Position numbers and translations under genes: made by a program
NCBI GenBank assembly: GCA_965209025.1
Contig: OZ242375.1
Span: forward strand, 258,302 to 322,301
From: Acidimicrobiia bacterium
GTDB taxonomy: Bacteria; Actinomycetota; Acidimicrobiia; Spongiisociales; ZC4RG35
Reading direction: 5' to 3'
DNA length: 64,000 nt
The notes under the pieces: model-generated
Databases searched by the model: none
What the model was told of the DNA's origin: nothing
The model's input: the letters and a program-made list of their open reading frames with translations, nothing else
In this document: one piece after another, positions 20,810 to 28,960 of the stretch
Position numbering within the stretch: position 1 is the stretch's first letter
How the letters are laid out: the number at the start of each line of letters is the position of its first letter

Positions 20810-22557
20810 GGAGCCACACCGCCTCCCAGATAGGGTTGGAGACCGTGGGGGAGACGGTCACTCTGGCTGGGTGGGTGGACCGGAGACGGCACCACGGCGG
20901 GGTGGTGTTCGTGGACCTGCGGGACCACACCGGGATGGTGCAGGTGGTGCTGGATCCTGCGGGCATCCGGGAGTCGGCCGAGTTGCGGCGGGAGTTCTGC
21001 GTGCAGGTGGAGGGAAAGACCGTGCGTCGCCCCGAGGGCTCGGAGAATCCCGACATGGCCAGCGGGATGGTGGAGGTGGAGGCCTCGGAGTTGAGCATCC
21101 TGAGCCGGTCGGAGGAACTTCCCTTCCTCATCGAGGACCGCATCACCGCCGAGGAACTGCTTCGGCTGGAATACCGGTACCTGGACTTGCGCCGCCCCCG
21201 CATGGCCCGCAATCTCCGGGCCCGATCGGAGGCGCTGCGTACCGTTCGGCGGACGCTGGAGGACCTGGGGTTCTGGGAGGTGGAGACGCCCACCCTGATC
21301 CGGTCCACCCCCGAGGGGGCCCGGGACTTGCTGGTCCCGAGCCGCCACAACCCGGGGAGCTTCTACGCCCTTCCCCAGTCTCCCCAGATCTACAAGCAAC
21401 TGCTGATGGTGGCGGGGGTGAGCCGCTACTACCAGATGTGCCGGTGCTACCGGGACGAGGACTTCCGGTCCGACCGGCAACTCGAGTTCACCCAGATCGA
21501 CATCGAGGGGTCCTTCTGGGGACAGGAGGACGTGCTGGCCACCGTGGAGAAGGTGATCCTGGCAGTGGCGGCGGCGCTTCGACCGGATCAGACGCTCGAT
21601 GCCCCTTTCCGGCGGCTCACCTACTCAGAGGCGATGAGCCGCTACGGCACAGACAAACCAGACCTTCGCTTCGGCATGGAGATAGTCGAGTTGTCGGACG
21701 TGTTCGCCGACACCGGCTTCCGGGCGTTCGCCGGTGTCCTGGCGGCGGGAGGGGTGGTGAGGGGAATAAACGCCGGCCCGATATCCATGAGCCGGGCCCG
21801 GGCCGACGCCCTGATAGAGAAGGCCCGGCAGTTCGGAGCGGGAGGGCTGGTGTGGATGGTGGTGGAGGACGGGGGTGGTCTTCGCTCGCCGGTTGCGAAG
21901 TTCCTGTCCGACGCCGAACTCGACGGGGTGGTCCGGGGCCTGGGGGGGAATCCGGGCGACGCCCTGCTGCTGGTGGCGGACGCCGAGCGGACCGTCTCCG
22001 ACGTCCTGGGGCGTCTGCGGTCGGAGTTGGGACAGCCCGACGATCCCGAACGGCTGGAGTTCCTGTGGGTGGTGGACTTCCCCATGTTCGAGGAGCGTGA
22101 TGGAGAGATAACCTTCCTCCATCATCCGTTCACCTCCCCGGCGGACGTGGAGACGATGAGGGACCGTCCGCTGGAAGCCGCGGCGAAAGCCTACGACCTG
22201 GTCCTCAACGGCGTGGAGCTTGGTTCGGGGAGTGTCCGGATTCACGACTCCGACGTCCAGCGGAGGGTCTTCGAGATCCTGGGGATCTCCGACGACGAGG
22301 CGGAGGAGCGCTTCGGATGGTTCATCCGGGCCCTGCGTTTCGGCACGCCGCCCCATGCCGGCTTCGCGGTGGGATTCGACCGGCTGGTGGCGGTGCTTCG
22401 CGGGGTGGCGAGCATCCGGGAGATCATTCCGTTTCCCAAGACCCAGACCGGCGCCGAACCGCTGAGTCGCACTCCCGCCTCGGTCAGCAACCGGCAGTTG
22501 AAGGAACTGGGCATCGCGGTCGATCCCCGCCGGATCAAGGCCTCTCCGCCGGCTTAG
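20806..22557 (+). CDS. aspS: Aspartyl-tRNA synthetase
   Basis: GTG 20806 overlaps the hisS stop. OB-fold N-terminus (LAGWVDRRRHHGGVVFVDLRD), QSPQIYKQLLM and FRDEDFRSDRQLEFTQID motifs. The ORF-track frame from 20203 is a 5' over-extension. Confidence 0.9.
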   Translation: MRSHTASQIGLETVGETVTLAGWVDRRRHHGGVVFVDLRDHTGMVQVVLDPAGIRESAELRREFCVQVEGKTVRRPEGSENPDMASGMVEVEASELSILSRSEELPFLIEDRITAEELLRLEYRYLDLRRPRMARNLRARSEALRTVRRTLEDLGFWEVETPTLIRSTPEGARDLLVPSRHNPGSFYALPQSPQIYKQLLMVAGVSRYYQMCRCYRDEDFRSDRQLEFTQIDIEGSFWGQEDVLATVEKVILAVAAALRPDQTLDAPFRRLTYSEAMSRYGTDKPDLRFGMEIVELSDVFADTGFRAFAGVLAAGGVVRGINAGPISMSRARADALIEKARQFGAGGLVWMVVEDGGGLRSPVAKFLSDAELDGVVRGLGGNPGDALLLVADAERTVSDVLGRLRSELGQPDDPERLEFLWVVDFPMFEERDGEITFLHHPFTSPADVETMRDRPLEAAAKAYDLVLNGVELGSGSVRIHDSDVQRRVFEILGISDDEAEERFGWFIRALRFGTPPHAGFAVGFDRLVAVLRGVASIREIIPFPKTQTGAEPLSRTPASVSNRQLKELGIAVDPRRIKASPPA

Positions 22558-22562
22558 GAGCG

Positions 22563-23927
22563 ATGGCCAGCTACGGCGCCGATGACCTGTTCGCCGCCCG
22601 GCGGGCGGAGGTCCTGGCGGAGGTGGCGCCGCTGGCCGAGCGCATGCGTCCGAGGAGCCTGGACGAAGTGGTGGGATTGCCCGATCTCCTGGGCGCCGGG
22701 TCCGCCTTCCGGGTTCTGGTCGAGTCGGGCAGGCCCGTCTCGATGGTGTTGTGGGGCCCTCCGGGGAGCGGCAAGACCACCCTGGCCCGGTTGGTGGCCC
22801 TGCACTGTTCGGCGGCCTTCGAGACGCTCAGCGCCACCTCCGCCGGCGTAAAGCAGGTGAGGGAGATCCTGGCGTCCGCCCGTCGCCGCCTGGAGGGCGA
22901 CGGCCGGCGCACGGTGTTGTTCCTCGATGAGATACACCGCTTCTCCAAGAGCCAGCAGGACGCTCTGTTGCCGGGGGTGGAGAGCGGGACCCTGATCCTG
23001 ATCGGGGCGACCACCGAGAACCCCTTTTTCGAGATCAACAGTCCGCTGATGAGCCGGATGGTGTTGTTCCGCACTCACAAGATCCCTGACGAGGCGCTGG
23101 AGGTGCTGGTGGACAGGGCGCTGTCGGCGAGGCGACGAGGATTGGGAGAGGACGACCTGCAGATTGCCGGGGACGCCCGGGAGGCGCTGGTGACCAGGGT
23201 CGGCGGAGACGCCCGGGGACTGCTGAACGCCTTGGAGGTGGCGGCGCGTCTGGCCAAGGGCAGGGGGTCAGGAGTCATCGAGACCGATGACGTCTCCGAA
23301 GCGCTGGGACGTCGGATAGTTCGATACGACAAGGCGGGAGACCGTCACTACGACGTGATCTCCGCTTTTATCAAGAGCGTGCGAGGTTCTGATCCCGACG
23401 CCGCCCTGTACTGGCTGTTTCTCATGCTCGAGGGCGGCGAGGACCCCGAGTTCATCGCCCGCCGGCTCGTCATCCTCGCATCGGAGGACGTCGGTATGGC
23501 CGACCGGTGGGCGCTTCCGGTGGCGACTGCGGCGGCCCAGGCCCTCTCGTACGTGGGGATGCCCGAGGCCGCCTATCACCTGGCCCACGCCACCCTGTTC
23601 CTGGCTCAGGCGCCCAAGTCGAACTCGGTCACCTCCGCCATGGCCCGGGCGCGGTCGGCGGTCCGGGAGGGGCCCAGTCCCTCCGTCCCCCTTCATCTTC
23701 GCAGTGGTGGCTATCGTGGAGCAGACGTTATCGGACACGGGGAAGGCTACGTATACCCCCATGACCATCCGCACCACATCGTTCCCCAGGAATACTTCCC
23801 GCCCGAGGTGAATCCACAGGTGTTCTTCCGTCCCACCCAGAGCGGTTTCGAAGCTGAAGTCCGGCGACGCCTGATCGAGATCGATCACGTGTTGGGACGA
23901 GCCGGACGCCAGGAGGACCAGGCGTGA
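22563..23927 (+). CDS. rarA: Replication-associated recombination protein A (AAA+ ATPase RarA/MgsA)
   Basis: Walker A GPPGSGKTT, Walker B LFLDEIHRF, MgsA C-terminal helical domain. ATG at 22563. Confidence 0.85.
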   Translation: MASYGADDLFAARRAEVLAEVAPLAERMRPRSLDEVVGLPDLLGAGSAFRVLVESGRPVSMVLWGPPGSGKTTLARLVALHCSAAFETLSATSAGVKQVREILASARRRLEGDGRRTVLFLDEIHRFSKSQQDALLPGVESGTLILIGATTENPFFEINSPLMSRMVLFRTHKIPDEALEVLVDRALSARRRGLGEDDLQIAGDAREALVTRVGGDARGLLNALEVAARLAKGRGSGVIETDDVSEALGRRIVRYDKAGDRHYDVISAFIKSVRGSDPDAALYWLFLMLEGGEDPEFIARRLVILASEDVGMADRWALPVATAAAQALSYVGMPEAAYHLAHATLFLAQAPKSNSVTSAMARARSAVREGPSPSVPLHLRSGGYRGADVIGHGEGYVYPHDHPHHIVPQEYFPPEVNPQVFFRPTQSGFEAEVRRRLIEIDHVLGRAGRQEDQA

Positions 23928-24700
23928 CGGCTTTGGGAATAGACATAGGAGGATCGGGAGTCAAAGGCAATCTGGTGGACACCGCCACCGGAGCGCTCCT
24001 GTCCGAACGCTTTCGCATACCCACTCCCCGCTCGGGGTCCACCGAGGCGGTGGGCGAGGTGGTGGCGGAGATAGCCGAGCACTTCCGGCAAGAGAGCGGG
24101 CATGAAACCCTCCCGGTGGGGTGCGGGTTTCCCGGGGTGATCAGATCGGGCGTCGTAAGCGCCGCCACCCACCTGGACAAGGCCTGGCTGGGCGCCGACG
24201 TGGTCGCCATTCTCTCCGGGGCGGTCGGGAGCCCGGTCACCGTTCTCAACGATGCGGATGCGGCCGGGGTGGCCGAGATCACCTTCGGGTCGGCCAAGGA
24301 TCGGAGCGGCACGATCCTGATGATCACCCTCGGCACCGGGATAGGGAGCGGGATGTTCCGGGACGGCCGGCTGGTCCCCAATTTCGAACTGGGCATGCTG
24401 GAACTGGGCGGTCATCACCCCATCGAGGACCGGGTGGCCTACCGCGTATTCAAGCAGGGGGAGTTGAGTTGGAAGAAGTGGGCCAGACGGTTGAACCGCT
24501 ACCTACGGCATGTCAACGCGCTCTTCGCTCCGGACCTGATAGTTCTCGGGGGAGGAGGGGTGAACAAGTGGTCCCGCTTCGGCCACCGCCTGGATGTGCC
24601 GGTGGATGTGGCCCCCGCCCACTTCGGGAACCATGCCGGCATCGTCGGCGCCGCCCTGGCCGCGGTGAACCCGGGCGCCCTGATGGGGGATCCCGCCTAA
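23924..24700 (+). CDS. ppgK: ROK-family / polyphosphate glucokinase
   Basis: MTALGIDIGGSGVK sugar-kinase N-terminus and ROK-like core. GTG overlaps the rarA stop. Confidence 0.75.
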   Translation: MTALGIDIGGSGVKGNLVDTATGALLSERFRIPTPRSGSTEAVGEVVAEIAEHFRQESGHETLPVGCGFPGVIRSGVVSAATHLDKAWLGADVVAILSGAVGSPVTVLNDADAAGVAEITFGSAKDRSGTILMITLGTGIGSGMFRDGRLVPNFELGMLELGGHHPIEDRVAYRVFKQGELSWKKWARRLNRYLRHVNALFAPDLIVLGGGGVNKWSRFGHRLDVPVDVAPAHFGNHAGIVGAALAAVNPGALMGDPA

Positions 24701-24858
24701 GAGGACCTGGCCCGGTGTGGGTAGGGCTGGCGTACCAGTCATCACGTCCTTGTCCGTTTGGATCACCGGTTCTGAAACACTTTGGATACGGGTCTCCCCA
24801 CCACTCCAGAGGCTTTGGTTGGTCTCCGGGGTCGGTGCTGGGGTTCCGATCCGTGTGT

Positions 24859-25962
24859 TTAGCTGCTGTGGATGGGGGTGGGTAGGGTTTGGTCACCGCA
24901 GTACAGGGTTTGGTCACCGCGGTACGGGGATTGGGGTGGTTCGTTTGTCCAGTATTGGGCCGATGATCCTTTGGGGTAGTCCGCTCCGGGAATGGGTGGT
25001 GGTAACACGGTGGAGTTCTCCGAGCCATCGTAGACCGCACCTACCGCCTTGTAGTAGGTGCGGAGTTCATTGGCGTCGGTGACCAGCAACGGCAGTTTGC
25101 CTATCCCGATCCTCCCTCCGGTGACCGCGGTGCGGTTCTCTGCCGCCGCGCGTACTTGCTGTTCCAACTCGGCGAGGGGCATATTCAACCGGGCACGCGC
25201 TTCCGGAGTCCGAGCCAACCGTATGTTCTGGGAGACAGCTTTGGGTGGGTTGTCATCAGTTTTCTGCACAAACCACACGGCCAGTTCCAACTCGGTGGCC
25301 CAGGCTTCCACGGTGAGAGTGGGGATTCCAAGAAACAGTACGAGTTCTTTTCCTGCGTAGACTTCCTCGGCTCTGCTGGCCGGGAAATTCAACGTGTTGT
25401 CCACCCATGCATCCTCGCCTCCCTGCTGTTCTATAAAGCATTCCCGATACCCTCCATCGGTGGAAAGAAGTAACGACCGGCGATGTAGCGACGCGGTGAG
25501 GACCGGGGGTCCTTCTCCCACCAGATACTCATTTACCCTGACCTCCGCAAAACAATGCACATGCACGTGAGGCCTAGCAATTGAGTGGACACTCTCGCTT
25601 GTAAAGTTCGGCGGTTTGGCCTGGTAGTCGTCACACCGGAACGTGTCCGGTCGCACCGTTCCTCGGATAACTATATGCGGCATCAGTAGAGGTGATGTAA
25701 GATGCACCGGGCCCCATCCCCCTAGTAGTAGTTCGTTGGGGGTTGGCAGAGGATCCGGGAGACGTTCAGACAATTTCAACGAACTATCCGGTTCCCCTGG
25801 TTCGCAGGGATCTATGTCGCTTCCATCGATAGGAACACAGGGAGGGATCACTTGCTCAAGATGTGATTTCAATGTGGGTGTAGCAGCCGAAAACCAACAA
25901 CCGATTAGCCCCACAGCCAAGACCAGTCCCAGGGTTGCCAGTGTTGTTTTGGTTCTGGTCAT
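24859..25962 (-). CDS. Island paralog 1: secreted (possibly lipo-) protein of an unassigned family, 367 aa
   Basis: Signal peptide MTRTKTTLATLGLVLAVGLIGC. Shares with paralogs 2-4 the conserved blocks IPPC.P..G...DPC, VHCF..VRVNEYL.G.GPP, LFLGIPTLTVEAW and LPLLVTDAN.L..YY.AVGAVYD. C-terminus carries a YRGDQTL/YCGDQTL 7-aa tandem repeat. Confidence 0.7.
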   Translation of the reverse strand: MTRTKTTLATLGLVLAVGLIGCWFSAATPTLKSHLEQVIPPCVPIDGSDIDPCEPGEPDSSLKLSERLPDPLPTPNELLLGGWGPVHLTSPLLMPHIVIRGTVRPDTFRCDDYQAKPPNFTSESVHSIARPHVHVHCFAEVRVNEYLVGEGPPVLTASLHRRSLLLSTDGGYRECFIEQQGGEDAWVDNTLNFPASRAEEVYAGKELVLFLGIPTLTVEAWATELELAVWFVQKTDDNPPKAVSQNIRLARTPEARARLNMPLAELEQQVRAAAENRTAVTGGRIGIGKLPLLVTDANELRTYYKAVGAVYDGSENSTVLPPPIPGADYPKGSSAQYWTNEPPQSPYRGDQTLYCGDQTLPTPIHSS

Positions 25963-26095
25963 TCTGGTTCTCTTTGGCTTTGGATGGTCTCCTAGGTTCA
26001 GGGGTCTAGGGGTTCCGAGCCGGGTGGTTGGTCGTCGGCTCCGGGTATGGGTGGTGGTTTGGCGGGTGTTAGGGTGGGGTCGTCGTAGACAGCAT
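25921..26095. repeat. Paralog junction cassette, copy 1 (tail-coding, stop, about 40-nt spacer, start, signal-peptide coding)
   Basis: The tctggttctctttg(g/c)ctttggatggtctcc(t/a/g)aggttc(a/g)gg block and flanking sequence recur at the 5' ends of paralogs 1 and 3 and of the fragment. Confidence 0.6.
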
Positions 26096-26189
26096 CCGTT
26101 GGTGGTGAGTTAGCGGGCGCGGTGCCGCAGCTTTGCCCGACAGCAAGGACCAGTCCCAGAGTCACCAGTGTGGTTTTGGTTCTGGTCAT
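25998..26189 (-). pseudogene. Internally deleted remnant of a family member: signal peptide fused directly to the Pro-rich C-terminal tail (63 aa)
   Basis: The N-terminus MTRTKTTLVTLGLVLAVGQSCGTAPANSPPTDAV is near-identical to the paralog 3 N-terminus. It is followed immediately by YDDPTLTPAKPPPIPGADDQPPGSEP, which matches the paralog C-terminal tails. The whole core is missing. Confidence 0.55.
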
Positions 26190-26330
26190 TCTGGTTCTCT
26201 TTGCCTTTGGATGGTCTCCAAGGTTCGGGCGTTTAGGGGTTACGAGCCGGGTGGTTGGTCGTCTTCACCGGGGGTGGGTGGGGTTCCGTTCGGGGTTTCG
26301 TTTTCTCCGGTGTTGGCGGGCGGGCCGGGG
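26131..26330. repeat. Paralog junction cassette, copy 2
   Basis: Near-identical to 25921-26095 and 28655-28960 by eye. Confidence 0.6.
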
Positions 26331-27475
26331 AGTTGATCGGCACCAGGGACCGGTGGGGGTAGGACGGTGGAGTTTTCCGAACCGTCGTAGACCGCTCCGA
26401 CCGCTCCATAAAAGTCCCGCAGTTTGTTGGCGTCGGTTACCAGCATCGGAAGATCAGATGCCATCCCGATCCGCCCTCCGGTGACGGCAACACGGTTAGT
26501 GGCTGCCGCTTTCACTTGTCGTTCTAGTTCTGCCAATGTCAGGTTCATCCGGGCACGCTGCTCAGAAGTACGCGCCAGCCTTATGTTCCGTTCAACAACT
26601 CTCGGCGGGTTATTACCAGTTTGCTGCACAAACCACACGGCCATTAGCAACTCCGTCTCCCATGCTTCCACAGTGAGCGTGGGGATTCCAAGAAACAGCA
26701 CAAGTTCTTTACCTTCGTAAACCGCGCCTGTTCGGCGAGCAGGAAAGTCGAGGGCATTGTCCACCCATTGGTCCTCGCCCCCGTGCAGAGCTATAAACGA
26801 ATCACGATAGCCTCCATCAGTGGGAAGGTGTACTATTTCCCGGTGCAGCGACACAGTCAATTCTGGAGGTCCTGTCCCTACCAGATACTCGCTTACACGG
26901 ATTTGAGCGAAACAATGAACATGGACGATTAAGTCATGATATGGATGCAGTTCGGCAGCGTAGCTCGCGACCTTTAGTGGATAGTCTTCGCATCTGGTTG
27001 TACCAGGTTGCGGTGTGCCTCTGATGACTACGTGCGGCAGCAACAACGGGTCCGCAGTGCCTTGGGGACTCCACTTTCCTAATAGCAGGTCAGCCATGGT
27101 TGGCAGTGGGTCTGGCAGACCCTCAGAGGAGCCTTCCGCGGCGGCTTTCCGGACTCTGGTCGGTTCTCCAGGAACGCAGGGATCAGCGTCGCTGCCGTCT
27201 ATGGGTGTGCAGGGGGGAATGACTTCTTCCAGATATGCAGGAGGTGTTTCTTCTCGAGCCTGACCTGCCGTCACGTCTCTATAAGTATTGGCATCTTGCG
27301 TTCGCGCAGTTGTGGCTGTTGGTTCTTGAAGTGTGGTTACAGGGGTGGGAACGGTTACGTCGGGTTGGTCCGTGGTAGGTCCTGTTCCTGTAGCGGTTGT
27401 TTTGCAGGCTTGGATAAAAACCAGTGTTGCCAATAGCCACGGCAACGCTCTCCTCTTAGTTGTTGCACCTTTCAT
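26240..27475 (-). CDS. Island paralog 2: secreted protein of the same family, about 411 aa
   Basis: Start chosen at ATG 27475 (AGGAAG SD with 6-nt spacer). ATG 27493 is the alternative. Signal peptide ...LPWLLATLVFIQAC, Thr/Pro linker, conserved family blocks. Pro-rich tail PPPVPGADQLPGPPANTGENETPNGTPPTPGEDDQPPGS. Confidence 0.7.
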   Translation of the reverse strand: MKGATTKRRALPWLLATLVFIQACKTTATGTGPTTDQPDVTVPTPVTTLQEPTATTARTQDANTYRDVTAGQAREETPPAYLEEVIPPCTPIDGSDADPCVPGEPTRVRKAAAEGSSEGLPDPLPTMADLLLGKWSPQGTADPLLLPHVVIRGTPQPGTTRCEDYPLKVASYAAELHPYHDLIVHVHCFAQIRVSEYLVGTGPPELTVSLHREIVHLPTDGGYRDSFIALHGGEDQWVDNALDFPARRTGAVYEGKELVLFLGIPTLTVEAWETELLMAVWFVQQTGNNPPRVVERNIRLARTSEQRARMNLTLAELERQVKAAATNRVAVTGGRIGMASDLPMLVTDANKLRDFYGAVGAVYDGSENSTVLPPPVPGADQLPGPPANTGENETPNGTPPTPGEDDQPPGS

Positions 27476-27568
27476 GGCATTCTTCCTTGTCATCCGTTTA
27501 TCCGCAATGGATGAATCTTGGGCTCTACCTTCCCATGGGGTTCGAGGAGGCCGAAGGATGGCGGTGTG

Positions 27569-28723
27569 TCAGGGTGTGGGAGGAGGTGTTTGGTCATCGT
27601 CTCCGGGCACAGGGGGTTGGTTGTCATCTCCGGGGGTGGGTGGGGTTCCGTTCGGGGTCTCTTCTTCGCCGGTGTTGGCTGGTGGTTCTTCGGGGTCTTC
27701 TGCTCCGGGTACGGGTGGTGGTTTGGCGGGTGTTTGGGCGGGGTCGTCGTAGACGGCGCCGATGGCTCCGTAGTAGGTACTGAGCTGGTTGGCGTCGGTG
27801 ATGAGCAGGGGCAGGTTGGGGTCGGTTCCGACCCGTCCGCCGGTGTTCGCCTTTCGGGTGGCGTCCGCTTGGGTGATCTTGGTTCGGAAGTCGGTTAAGG
27901 AGAAGTCCAATAGTGCTAGGTTTTCGGGTGTCTGGGGGTATTCGTGTTTGTCGGGGGCGATCACCCTTATTACACCGCCTACTTGCTGCACATCCCAGAA
28001 AAACGTCATTTCCCAAGCTTCCATCCGAACGCTGAAGCCAGCGGAGAGGAACAGGACTCCTTCGACACCTTCGTATGTGTCGATGACCTGTTCGTCCAGG
28101 GGCTGGGAGTGTCCAGGATTCGACGGCCAATTCAAACCTGTGATGACGCTCAGTTGGGGAGGTCCTGTTCCCAGCAGGTATTCGTTCACCCGCACATCGG
28201 AGAAACAAAAGAGATATTCCCATCCTGCAAAAGCCTTTCGGATGCGTTCCTCCAAATACGTTGGCAGCGTTGTGGCGTGGATCTCACACCTGGTTGTGTC
28301 TGGCAGTACAGTGCCACGGATAAGAATGTGCGTGGAGCTAGTAGCTACCAGGTCCCAGTAGTTCAAGACTTCGTGGAGTGGGGGAGCGTGAACCTTTGTT
28401 TCTTCTGATAGCATTACACCGTCAGCGGGTTCGATGGAGGGTGGTGGTCCGGTTGCGCATGGGTCTCGGTTGGTTCCGGCCACCGGGGTGCACGGAGGAA
28501 TCGTTTCCTCCAGGTATGTGAGATTCGCCTCTTCTAGTGCAGGTGCGGTAGTTGTAGGGGTAGCCGTGGTAGTTGTGGTTGACCGTGGCTCTTTAGAGGG
28601 ACTGTGAGTGGTGGTTGTGACAACAGCATCCGTTGGTGGTGAGTTAGCGGGCGCGGTGCCGCAGCTTTGTCCGACAACAAGGACCAGTCCCAGAGTCACC
28701 AGTGTGGTTCTTGTTCTGGTCAT
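27569..28723 (-). CDS. Island paralog 3: secreted protein of the same family, about 384 aa
   Basis: Start at ATG 28723 (MTRTRTTLVTLGLVLVVGQSCG). The ORF-track start at 28825 would overlap the paralog 4 tail. Thr-rich linker, conserved blocks, Pro-rich tail. Confidence 0.7.
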   Translation of the reverse strand: MTRTRTTLVTLGLVLVVGQSCGTAPANSPPTDAVVTTTTHSPSKEPRSTTTTTATPTTTAPALEEANLTYLEETIPPCTPVAGTNRDPCATGPPPSIEPADGVMLSEETKVHAPPLHEVLNYWDLVATSSTHILIRGTVLPDTTRCEIHATTLPTYLEERIRKAFAGWEYLFCFSDVRVNEYLLGTGPPQLSVITGLNWPSNPGHSQPLDEQVIDTYEGVEGVLFLSAGFSVRMEAWEMTFFWDVQQVGGVIRVIAPDKHEYPQTPENLALLDFSLTDFRTKITQADATRKANTGGRVGTDPNLPLLITDANQLSTYYGAIGAVYDDPAQTPAKPPPVPGAEDPEEPPANTGEEETPNGTPPTPGDDNQPPVPGDDDQTPPPTP

Positions 28724-28960
28724 TCTGGTTCTCTTTGCCTTTGGATGGTCTCCGAGGTTCGGGCGTTTAGGGTTCCGAGCCGGGTGGTTCATCATCGTCA
28801 CCGGGGACGGGTGGGGTTTGATCATCGCCGGGGGTGGGTGGGGTTCCGTTCGGAGTCTCGTTTTCGCCGGTGTTGGCGGGTGGGTTTTCGGGGTCTTCGG
28901 CTCCGGGGACTGGTGGTGGTTTGGCGGGTGTTTGGGTGGGGTCGTCGTAGACGGCGCCGA
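28655..28960. repeat. Paralog junction cassette, copy 3 (paralog 4 tail / paralog 3 start)
   Basis: Same conserved block. The Pro-rich tail coding sequence of paralog 3 (27590-27760) is also shared. Confidence 0.6.

Noticed and set aside
24780-24860. tRNA-like T-arm (ggggttccgatcc) that might mark an island attachment site.
   Set aside because: No foldable 5-bp T-stem around a 7-nt loop could be formed. The sequence lies within or adjacent to the 3' coding end of paralog 1 and contains a coding 21-bp tandem repeat (YRGDQTL x2) instead.
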